64,000 nucleotides of DNA. It comes from Candidatus Poribacteria bacterium (GTDB lineage: Bacteria > Poribacteria > WGA-4E > WGA-3G). The position numbers were made by a program, and so were the translations under genes. The notes beneath the pieces are model-generated. The model was not told the origin of the DNA and ran no database searches. It worked only from the letters and a program-made list of their open reading frames with translations. Shown one piece after another: positions 22,571-31,026 of the stretch. Where the stretch lies: positions 3,744,001-3,808,000 of the forward strand of contig CBDANF010000003.1 of NCBI GenBank assembly GCA_965197475.1, given 5' to 3'. How positions within the stretch are numbered: the first letter of the stretch is position 1; every line of letters starts with the position of its first letter.

Positions 22571-24415
22571 ATGCTTACCAAAGATTTCGTGCAGAACTAT
22601 CCACAAGAAAACCGGCTCTTTTTACCGGAAAAGGCAATTGCTCGGTTCGCCAGAGGGAGTGTATCTGCGACGGCAATATCCCCAGATGGAAATCTTATTG
22701 CTGTGGCATCCCGCATTGGTGTGTGGCTCTACGAAGCGCATACCGAGGATTTTGTAAGGCTAATCGCAGTAGATGGCACAGGTCTCCTTTCAAGGGTCGC
22801 CTTTTCTCCAGATGGCACTCAGATCGCAACGGGGGATTGGGATGGTATTGCGACACTGTGGGATGTTGCTACCGGAACAGAACTTGTTTCCTTCACTAAT
22901 ACAGATTATGTGACTTCAGTCGCTTTTTCTCCGGATGGAAAGTTTTTGGCAACTGGCACTCGGAATGATAAAGCAACACTGTGGGATATTGATACCGGTG
23001 TGGCACGATGGACTATTTCCCACGAAGATTGTGTGACTTCAACTACATTTTCGCTGGATGGATTGCTTTTGGCAACCAGTAGTTGGGATAGCACGGCAAA
23101 TTTGTGGGATGTAGAAACGGGTGAAAATCGTCGGTGTTTCAGCCATCAGAAGAAGGAGGTAGATATTACATTTGACTCGGGGCATGATTTCACCGTTAAT
23201 GATGGTGGTATTAATTGCATTGCCTTTTCACCGAATGGTCAATTTTTCGCCACAGGCGATCGCATTGCAAGCGACAGAGATGGTTGCACGACACTGTGGG
23301 ATGTTTAGAGTGGCGAAGCAATATGGGATTTCACTCATGAAAAATCTGCTACATCCATTGTTTTCTCAATAGATAATAGGTATATGGCAACCCGTTTTTC
23401 GGGCGGAGAGACGGACGTGCGTTGTATTACTGATGGTACTTCGGCATCTCTTAATGAGGGAAAATGGCCAAAAAGTACAAGGAAACCGCCTCTAAATCAT
23501 CCACGGGATTTATACGGTTGGCTCGTAAGTTTTTCGCCGGATGGGAAACACTTGATTAGTATGGCAGAATGTTCTGCAATCAAGGTGTGGGATGTCATAT
23601 CTGGAAAAAACATCAAGACAATTGATCGGGATATGGGACAAGCGGAATCTTTAACGTTTTCTGCCGAAGGCAACTATATTGGATTAAGCCGTTTCGTCGA
23701 GGATACAGCCACGTTATGGGTAGATGAGGAACAGATGGCAGTGTTCTCTATCAAAGATATTACGGCTGCTGCTATCTCTTTAGATAGCAAACTTGTGGCA
23801 ATTGGCGGTTTTGATGGAATGATCAACCTCTGGAGCGTAGAGACACAAGCACAGTTACAGACATTTTTTGGGCATACAGGATTAATTAAGACCCTTGCTT
23901 TCTCGCCTGATTGCACACGGTTAGTGAGTGGGGGTGGGCACAAAATGGAAATACAGGAAAAAGATGGAGCTGAATATATATTCATGAGTGGAGATAGCCC
24001 TATGGACCAAACCGCCAAAGTCTGGGATATTGAAACAGGAATGGAGATTGCCATTCTTCAACATCCCACCGTAGTTGGGGTGGTTGTCTTCTCACCTGAT
24101 AGCACACGCCTTGCCACAGCCTCTGGAAAAAAAGTTTATCTATGGGATACAAGGACGTGGCAAGAAAATGTTGCATTTGAAACAGGATCGGTTGAGTCAT
24201 TTGCATTTTCACCGAATGGCACTTTCCTTGCCGTTGGAGGTACAGGTCGGAACCCGAAAATTCAGATATGGAATGTAGAGACGGCAGAACTCGTTGTAGA
24301 ATTTTCTGGACATAAGAGTGATGTGGAATCTGTTGCGTTTTCTCCCGATGGCACGCTACTCGCAAGTGGAGGCTTTGACGGTGTTATCTATTTATGGGAT
24401 ATGATACCAAATTAA
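22571..24415 (+). pseudogene. WD40-repeat protein interrupted by an in-frame TAG at 23306-23308
   Basis: WDV*SGEAIWDFTHEKSATSIVFS continues in frame into 23384-24415; paralogue of 25117-26652. Confidence 0.85.
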
Positions 24416-24494
24416 CTTGATCCCACTCGGTAGGTGCCGTTTCTAACCGCACCCATAGGCGTCAATTTAGTGGTTTTTCAAATATGAGAATGCT

Positions 24495-24697
24495 CTTTAG
24501 TCCCGCCGAATGCCATACGCGCATTCGGCGTTGATTTGGTAGGGACGATATGTTTATAGCAACAGAAGCACCCCCAATTCTTTGGTTTTCCCATAGGGGC
24601 GGAATGTTTATAGCGTTTTATTTCACATTTCGCTCGGACGGAGTTAAAGAGATGGATTATCTCGTTTCTATAAACATATTGTCCCTATAGGACTAAA
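24495..24697. repeat. REPIN-like repeat cluster (tttagtccc..tagggacgatatgtttatag / ctataaacatattgtccctataggactaaa)
   Basis: Inverted copies of one unit; related units at 37495-37565 and 56660-56833. Confidence 0.65.
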
Positions 24698-24760
24698 TAT
24701 AGGACAGTCTCAATAGTCAGGCCTATTGAGAAGTGTTCATAAACGGACAGACATTTTCTT

Positions 24761-25021
24761 CTGATATTTCTCATAATTATTCCGAACCTAATAACCACCA
24801 CCCTAAAGCACGTGGACAGACATAAAAATGCGTATTCGTCATGATGATTTTGCCTGTTTTTTTCGTAGGTAAACCCATTTAATTGACAATTTCACTCTGT
24901 TTTGTGTTGAAAATAAAGTGATTTTCTCGGACAATAGGTGCATATCAATTAGCATTTTCATTATCTCATATTGAGAAAGCGTTGATAGATATTGACTTCT
25001 GAGCGTTTTGAGAAATATCAG
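24761..25021. mobile_element. 261-bp MITE derived from the IS at 21126-22479
   Basis: Perfect 13-bp TIR ctgatatttctca/tgagaaatatcag, flanking CTT on both sides, subterminal similarity to both IS ends. Confidence 0.8.
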
Positions 25022-25116
25022 CTTAGTTATTGTTCTTTTGACGTGTGCTGTTTGTAGTCGCGCAATTCACGTGCCTCTTATTTTTATTTTCAAATTGTTT
25101 TTACGGAGTGTTTAAT

Positions 25117-26652
25117 ATGCAAACCAAAGATTTCGTGCAGAACTATCCACAAGAAAACAGGCTCTTTTTACCTGAAAAGGCAATTGCTCGGTTCGGCAGG
25201 GGAGGTATATCTGATACTGCCATTTCTCCAGATAGGAATCTTATTGCTGTGGCATCCCGTATCGGTGTATGGCTCTACGAAGCGCACACTGAGGATTTTG
25301 TAAGATTATTCGCTGTAGAAGGCACGGGACTTCTCTCTGCTGTTACTTTTTCTCCAGACAGTACCCGAATCGCAACGGGAAATTGGGATGGTATTGCGAC
25401 ACTGTGGGACGTTGCTACCGGAACAGAGATCGTTGCCTTCAAGAATACAGATTATGTGAGTTCAGTTGCCTTTTCGCCCGATGGCACGCTTTTGGCAGCT
25501 GGCACTCGGAATGGTAATGCGACACTGTGGGATATTGATACTGGTGAAGCGCGTTGGACTATCCCTCACAACGATTCTGTGTCTTCAGTTGATTTTTCTC
25601 AGGATGGGTTGCTTTTGGCTACCCGTTTTTCGGAGGGTGAAACCGATGTGCGTTGTGTTGCTGATGGCACTTCGGCATATCTTCAAGACGGAAGATGGAC
25701 AGATAGAAAAATAAAGGATCTCTCTCTCACGCATCCACGCAGTTGGTACAGTTGGCTTGTCAGTTTTTCGCCTGATGGAAGACACGTAGTTGGTATGTCA
25801 GAACTTTCTGCTATCAAGGTATGGGATATCGTATCTGGAAAAGACATCAAGACAATTGATCGAGAGGTGGGACAAGCGAAATCACTAACGTTTTCAGCCG
25901 AAGGAAACTATATTGGATTAAGCCGTTCAGAAAATGCAGCTATTCTATTGATAGATGAAGAACAGAAAGCTGCATTTGATCATCAGACAGAAGTTCTGTC
26001 TGCCGCAGTTTCTCCAAGTGCTATGCTTGCAGCTACGGGCGGTATAGATAGAGAGGTCAAACTCTGGAATATCGCGACACAAGAACATTTACGGACGTTT
26101 TCTGGTCATATAGGGGCAGTGTATGTTGTCACATTCTCACCTGATGATACACTTCTGGTAAGTGGGGGAGGACGCAATTTTGAAATACAGGAAGAAGATG
26201 GATTCCTTTATTTCATTTCTCCTGAGGGGAGTCCTATTGACCAGACTGCAAAGGTCTGGGAGGTTGGCACAGGGAAAGAGATTGCTACCCTCGAACATCC
26301 TTCTTTGGTCAGAGAAGTTACCTTTTCACCTGATAGCACCTATCTTGCCACAACCTCTGAAAACAAGGTTTATCTATGGGATACAAAGACGGGGCAGAAA
26401 AATGTGACACTTGAAACAGTCAGGGTTGAGTCATTTGTATTTTCTCCGAACAGTTCTCTTCTCGTTGTTGGCGGTAGAGGAAAAAATGCGAATATTCAAA
26501 TCTGGGATGTGGAAACAGCACAGCTCGTTGTAGAATTTTCTGGTCATAAAAGTGATGTAGAATCTGTTACTTTTTCGCCAGATGGGACGCTTTTGGCAAG
26601 TGGAGGCTATGACGGTGTCATCTATTTATGGGATATGAAACCGTATCAGTAA
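25117..26652 (+). CDS. WD40-repeat protein
   Basis: GGAG RBS then ATG 25117 (aligns with 22571); LPEKAIARFGRG N-cap; many FSPDG..LA..G..D..LWD repeats. Confidence 0.9.
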   Translation: MQTKDFVQNYPQENRLFLPEKAIARFGRGGISDTAISPDRNLIAVASRIGVWLYEAHTEDFVRLFAVEGTGLLSAVTFSPDSTRIATGNWDGIATLWDVATGTEIVAFKNTDYVSSVAFSPDGTLLAAGTRNGNATLWDIDTGEARWTIPHNDSVSSVDFSQDGLLLATRFSEGETDVRCVADGTSAYLQDGRWTDRKIKDLSLTHPRSWYSWLVSFSPDGRHVVGMSELSAIKVWDIVSGKDIKTIDREVGQAKSLTFSAEGNYIGLSRSENAAILLIDEEQKAAFDHQTEVLSAAVSPSAMLAATGGIDREVKLWNIATQEHLRTFSGHIGAVYVVTFSPDDTLLVSGGGRNFEIQEEDGFLYFISPEGSPIDQTAKVWEVGTGKEIATLEHPSLVREVTFSPDSTYLATTSENKVYLWDTKTGQKNVTLETVRVESFVFSPNSSLLVVGGRGKNANIQIWDVETAQLVVEFSGHKSDVESVTFSPDGTLLASGGYDGVIYLWDMKPYQ

Positions 26653-26670
26653 AACGCAAGGAGATATTTT

Positions 26671-28761
26671 ATGGAAAACAAAAAGTCAGTAGTTCCCGTT
26701 CCAGTAGGGAACTACGGAGATGACGTAACTACATGGGCACTCCCCGAAGGTGCAGTTGCTCGATTAGGGCGCGGCTGGGTGCCTGATATTGCGTTTTCCT
26801 CAGATGAACGTTATCTTGCTGTCGGAACTTGGGTAGGACTATGGTTGTATGACTTGGAAATGCTATCTCCTGTCGCATTATGGGAAACGAAACGGGGTAT
26901 GGTTGGATGTGTTACCTTTTCACCTAACGGAAAATGGATTGCTGTCAGCAATTCAGATCGAATTTTAAAAGTATTGGATATCCGGAATAGTGCATGCTTA
27001 ACACAAGTAGAGTCGGATGATTATATTACAGGACTAACTTTTTCACCTGATAGTCAATATCTTGCAGCTGCCTATGCAAGTTCTCATACCGTTGAAATCT
27101 GGCATGCAAAAACTGGCGAACTGTTTGCTAAATTCACTGCAAACGTTAAGAAAGCTCGTTTTACCCGTCCTATCTGTTTTTCACCTGATACGCAACTGAT
27201 AGCATCTACGTGCATCATTGACACGGATCACAATGCAGATGCAATAGTAGTCTGGGATATGGAAAGTGGTCAACAAATTGCATCTCTCATTGCACACACC
27301 AAAGAGATAACTAAGATCTGCTTTTCACCGTGTGGACAGTTTCTCGCCTCTGGCGGTGAAGATGGCGCAGTGTACGTCTGGAATGTTAACACTTGGCAAC
27401 AGGTGCAGGCATACACAGATTTTGGTGACGTATATCGCATCATTCCTTCCTATTCACCGGAGGGAATCCTCCGTGCTGCGATTATGGCTTATGAGGATAC
27501 CGCTCCTTCCACTATCTCTGTTTGTAACTTGGAAAGCGGAGAACAACTTTATACTGATCAAATATTAGGAAATACCGAAGACTATTCCTATTTCAATCAT
27601 TGGGGTAAAACCATAGTCTTTTCGAACGGTTCGCAGCTTGCTTATGAATGCAGACACGATTTCATCAACGTGTGGACACTTGCTAACTCTAACACGCGCC
27701 AGCTTACCCATTCGCCTATCTCTTATCCTACATCGGTAGTGTTTTCGGATGATGGAAACACCTTAGCCGCTGAACATTATCACGAGGGTGTAGTGTTATG
27801 GGATGTTGCAAGCAGGCGTTCACGTCCTGCAGTTAAAGTGGAATCTGCTGAGAAAAATCAGTTTGTATATAAATCTGAGAGCGAAAAACTCCATGTCGCT
27901 AGCATCAAAGATGACACTGTTACACTTTGGGAGGCTGATCGCGATAGAACTCCGCTTATTGAAGGAACAGGACGCAAATATTGGAGTGCATTTCCTGCAT
28001 TATCACCAACAGGAACACTTTTCGCTTATGCTGACGCAGATGGCAACCTAAAAGTGTGGGATGTGCAAAGTGGGGAGAAACTTCATGAATTAACACATCC
28101 GCTTTATCAAGACGATGAAGATGATGAAGATGATGAAGATAACGAAGATAAAATTAGTGAGTTAGCGTTCAGTCCCGATGGAAGTCTTCTCACAAGTGAG
28201 TCGCGTTTCACACCTATTCGGCTGTGGGATATGGAACATGGTGAAGAAATAATCGCATTTCCGGGTGATAGCCTTGGAGGAATCATAGGATTTTCTCCCT
28301 GTGGCAAGTATCTCGCTTGTCTTGGAGAATATGTCCAATTGTGGGACATCACCCATGGCGAAATGTTCATAACGTCTATAACACAAGATCAGGTGACAGA
28401 CGAGTTCGCGTTTTCGCCGTGTGGGCGGTACTTGGCTGCAGGTATGAACGAAATTATGCTGTGGGACATCACGCGCTGTGAACTCCACATGCATCTCTCG
28501 CTGCCAAAGGAATGTCAGAAAATGTTTCCATTAGCATTTTCGCAGTGTGGGGACTATTTTGCCGCAGGCGCATGGTGGCAACCCGGTATGGAGAAGATGC
28601 CGATCTGTTTGTGGGAAGTAGAAACGGGTAAACATCTTGTCACCTTTTGGGGACATGGCACAGACATGCAGGCACTGGCATTTTCACCTGATAATAAACT
28701 CTTAGCGAGTGCAAGTTATGATGGCTCCATACTCCTATGGGATTTGATGCCTTATCTGTAA
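26671..28761 (+). CDS. WD40-repeat protein
   Basis: LPEGAVARLGRG N-cap, WD40 repeats (FSPCG variants), acidic DDE tract. Confidence 0.9.
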   Translation: MENKKSVVPVPVGNYGDDVTTWALPEGAVARLGRGWVPDIAFSSDERYLAVGTWVGLWLYDLEMLSPVALWETKRGMVGCVTFSPNGKWIAVSNSDRILKVLDIRNSACLTQVESDDYITGLTFSPDSQYLAAAYASSHTVEIWHAKTGELFAKFTANVKKARFTRPICFSPDTQLIASTCIIDTDHNADAIVVWDMESGQQIASLIAHTKEITKICFSPCGQFLASGGEDGAVYVWNVNTWQQVQAYTDFGDVYRIIPSYSPEGILRAAIMAYEDTAPSTISVCNLESGEQLYTDQILGNTEDYSYFNHWGKTIVFSNGSQLAYECRHDFINVWTLANSNTRQLTHSPISYPTSVVFSDDGNTLAAEHYHEGVVLWDVASRRSRPAVKVESAEKNQFVYKSESEKLHVASIKDDTVTLWEADRDRTPLIEGTGRKYWSAFPALSPTGTLFAYADADGNLKVWDVQSGEKLHELTHPLYQDDEDDEDDEDNEDKISELAFSPDGSLLTSESRFTPIRLWDMEHGEEIIAFPGDSLGGIIGFSPCGKYLACLGEYVQLWDITHGEMFITSITQDQVTDEFAFSPCGRYLAAGMNEIMLWDITRCELHMHLSLPKECQKMFPLAFSQCGDYFAAGAWWQPGMEKMPICLWEVETGKHLVTFWGHGTDMQALAFSPDNKLLASASYDGSILLWDLMPYL

Positions 28762-28822
28762 CGTGCTTCACATTGTCTTTGTTTCTAAATATCTACTGAG
28801 AATAACACTAAGGAATTTAGTC

Positions 28823-30934
28823 ATGCAAAAAACGATTCAAATTCAGGATATGTCAGATAGGGATGCTTTCACCACCTGGAGATTACCACAGGGTGCAATT
28901 GCGCGCTTCGGACAAGGGCAGGTCATTGATTTAGCTGTTTCACCGGATGGGAGGTGTCTCGCTGTTGGAAGTTGGGCAGGCGTGTGGTGGTATGACCTCA
29001 CCACACGCACCCCTATTACGCTGTTTGAAACGGATCGGGGTATGATTGACTGTATTGCCCTATGCTCCGCAACTGAAAAACCGTGGTTAGCCATCTTAAA
29101 TTCTGATAGTAATGGTAATCAGGTGGTCAAAGTGTGGAATGTGCAAACAGGGGATTTGGGGGCTGTTATGGACATGCCTCCGCAGCCTATTAGAGATTTA
29201 CTCTGTTTTTCTCCATCGGGACAATGGCTTGCTGCGATTTGTGGAAGTATTGCAGAACTAAATGCCGAGTGTGCTGTTTATATCTGGCATGCGGCAACTG
29301 GTGCCCTGGACACAGAACTAAAGGACGTTCCTGAAGAAATTGGATTGCCTAACGATGAAAATGAACAATTTTACAATTCACCAGGTGCTTTGACATTTTC
29401 ACACGACAATCGCTTTCTTGCATGGTGTATCACTCCCTATGCGCTTGCAAGTGCGGGGTTCGCCGATTTCATTTCCGTATGGGATATAACAACCTGTGAA
29501 CGCATCACTCGCCTCATGGGACATCCCGAAGGTGTGCAATCTCTCAGTTTTTCACCTTGTGGACAGTTCCTTGCCGCTGGAGGGGTAAAGGGGACTGTTC
29601 AAATATGGGATACTTCCACTTGGCAGCTGCATCAGACATATCCATCGTTCGGTGATCATCTGATGAATGTTTCCTATACCCCCGATGGCATCCTGCGTGC
29701 AGCGGGCATCTCTCATGATGAGACCACAATTGCTATATGGGACGTGGGACAGCGTGAAAAACGTTACGTTTTTGAGAATTGGGAGATTGAAAGTTCTCGC
29801 TTTTCCCACGGAATGCATCTCGCTTTGAAAAGCGATTTTGAAGTGAAAGTAAAGACGGTGAGGGATACTGATGCTTTATCTATACTGCCATGGGAACTCG
29901 GTTATCCACATTCTATGGTATTTTCACTTGATGGAAAAACACTCTGTACAGGGTACCGTAATTTTGGAGGTATTGTGCTATGGGACGTAGCAAGTCATTG
30001 CCACCAGCATGTAGACGTTGAACCGCGCTGTGAGACCTATGCCGTTTTTGTAACCTACATAGGAAAACTCTGTGTCGCCGGTTTCCCACCGGAACCTTCT
30101 GATGAGTCCTTCTGGGGAGATGTGCTTTTTTTGTGGGAGCTTGGACAAAGTGAACCGATAGCCAAACTGACGGTTCCTGAGCCTGATCGGTTCGCGATGG
30201 CATATTCACCCACCACAAATCTCCTTGCCTGTGGGAATGGAACCGATATTGATGACTGGCATGAAAATGACCCTGAAAACGGTGCCGTCTATGTATGGGA
30301 TGTCGCAAGCGGACAGATGCAACACATACTCAGAGGTAAACATACGGATGGTATCAATTTTGTGAAGTTCAGTCCAGATGGCACACGCCTTATCAGCAGA
30401 GATACTGACAGCACAGTTCGGTTGTGGGACGTGATGTGCGGTGAAGAAATCGGTGAATTCCCAGAAAATTTTTTGATGCATGGTCCTTTTGACGAGGAAT
30501 ACATAGACACGTTAGAAGAACGGTTTGAAGAGTTAACCGCTTTTGTACCCCAGGTGTTTTCTCCATGTGGAAATCTAATTGCTGGTAAGTTTAGCGATGA
30601 TAGAATACTTGTGTGGGATATTGAGCAGTGTGAAGCACGCGTGGCAATACACATACCTCTTGTAGTGTCAAATACTGAAACTAGTATCCCCTCTGTAGAT
30701 CCGATAGAGTTTTCTCCTTGCGGACAGTATTTGGCTTATGGTGAAGTTTGGGAACCAGGTGTAGAGAAAGTTCCTGTTCGGTTATGGGATATTCGCACCG
30801 GTGAAAATATCGTCACTTTTCTGGGACATCCAACAGATATTCAATGTCTTGCGTTTTCACCGGATAGCACTATCTTGGCAAGTGGTGGTTTTGATGGCAC
30901 CATCCTCCTTTGGGATCTAACGCCATATCTGTAA
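28823..30934 (+). CDS. WD40-repeat protein
   Basis: AAGGA RBS then ATG 28823; LPQGAIARFGQG N-cap; paralogue of 26671-28761. Confidence 0.88.
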   Translation: MQKTIQIQDMSDRDAFTTWRLPQGAIARFGQGQVIDLAVSPDGRCLAVGSWAGVWWYDLTTRTPITLFETDRGMIDCIALCSATEKPWLAILNSDSNGNQVVKVWNVQTGDLGAVMDMPPQPIRDLLCFSPSGQWLAAICGSIAELNAECAVYIWHAATGALDTELKDVPEEIGLPNDENEQFYNSPGALTFSHDNRFLAWCITPYALASAGFADFISVWDITTCERITRLMGHPEGVQSLSFSPCGQFLAAGGVKGTVQIWDTSTWQLHQTYPSFGDHLMNVSYTPDGILRAAGISHDETTIAIWDVGQREKRYVFENWEIESSRFSHGMHLALKSDFEVKVKTVRDTDALSILPWELGYPHSMVFSLDGKTLCTGYRNFGGIVLWDVASHCHQHVDVEPRCETYAVFVTYIGKLCVAGFPPEPSDESFWGDVLFLWELGQSEPIAKLTVPEPDRFAMAYSPTTNLLACGNGTDIDDWHENDPENGAVYVWDVASGQMQHILRGKHTDGINFVKFSPDGTRLISRDTDSTVRLWDVMCGEEIGEFPENFLMHGPFDEEYIDTLEERFEELTAFVPQVFSPCGNLIAGKFSDDRILVWDIEQCEARVAIHIPLVVSNTETSIPSVDPIEFSPCGQYLAYGEVWEPGVEKVPVRLWDIRTGENIVTFLGHPTDIQCLAFSPDSTILASGGFDGTILLWDLTPYL

Positions 30935-30957
30935 TTTCTTTCCAATTATGACAATTC

Positions 30958-30986
30958 TGCAACCTTTCCACCTAATAATCGCGTCA
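30958..30986 (+). promoter_or_regulatory. Putative ECF-type promoter TGCAAC-N17-GCGTCA
   Basis: Same motif about 40 nt upstream of the true ATG at 31027. Confidence 0.65.
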
Positions 30987-31026
30987 CCAAGAATTGTAAG
31001 TCTAAATTGATTATAGGAGTTCTCAA

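Noticed and set aside
23306-23308. Possible amber recoding or pyrrolysine read-through
   Set aside because: TAG ends several intact genes here (era, lysA, the 7907 ECF), and no pyl genes are visible; a nonsense mutation is simpler
24495-24697. Repeated units resembling a CRISPR array (also 37495-37565, 56660-56833)
   Set aside because: Only 2-4 degenerate, partly inverted copies with irregular spacing and no cas genes; they fit REP/REPIN-like repeats
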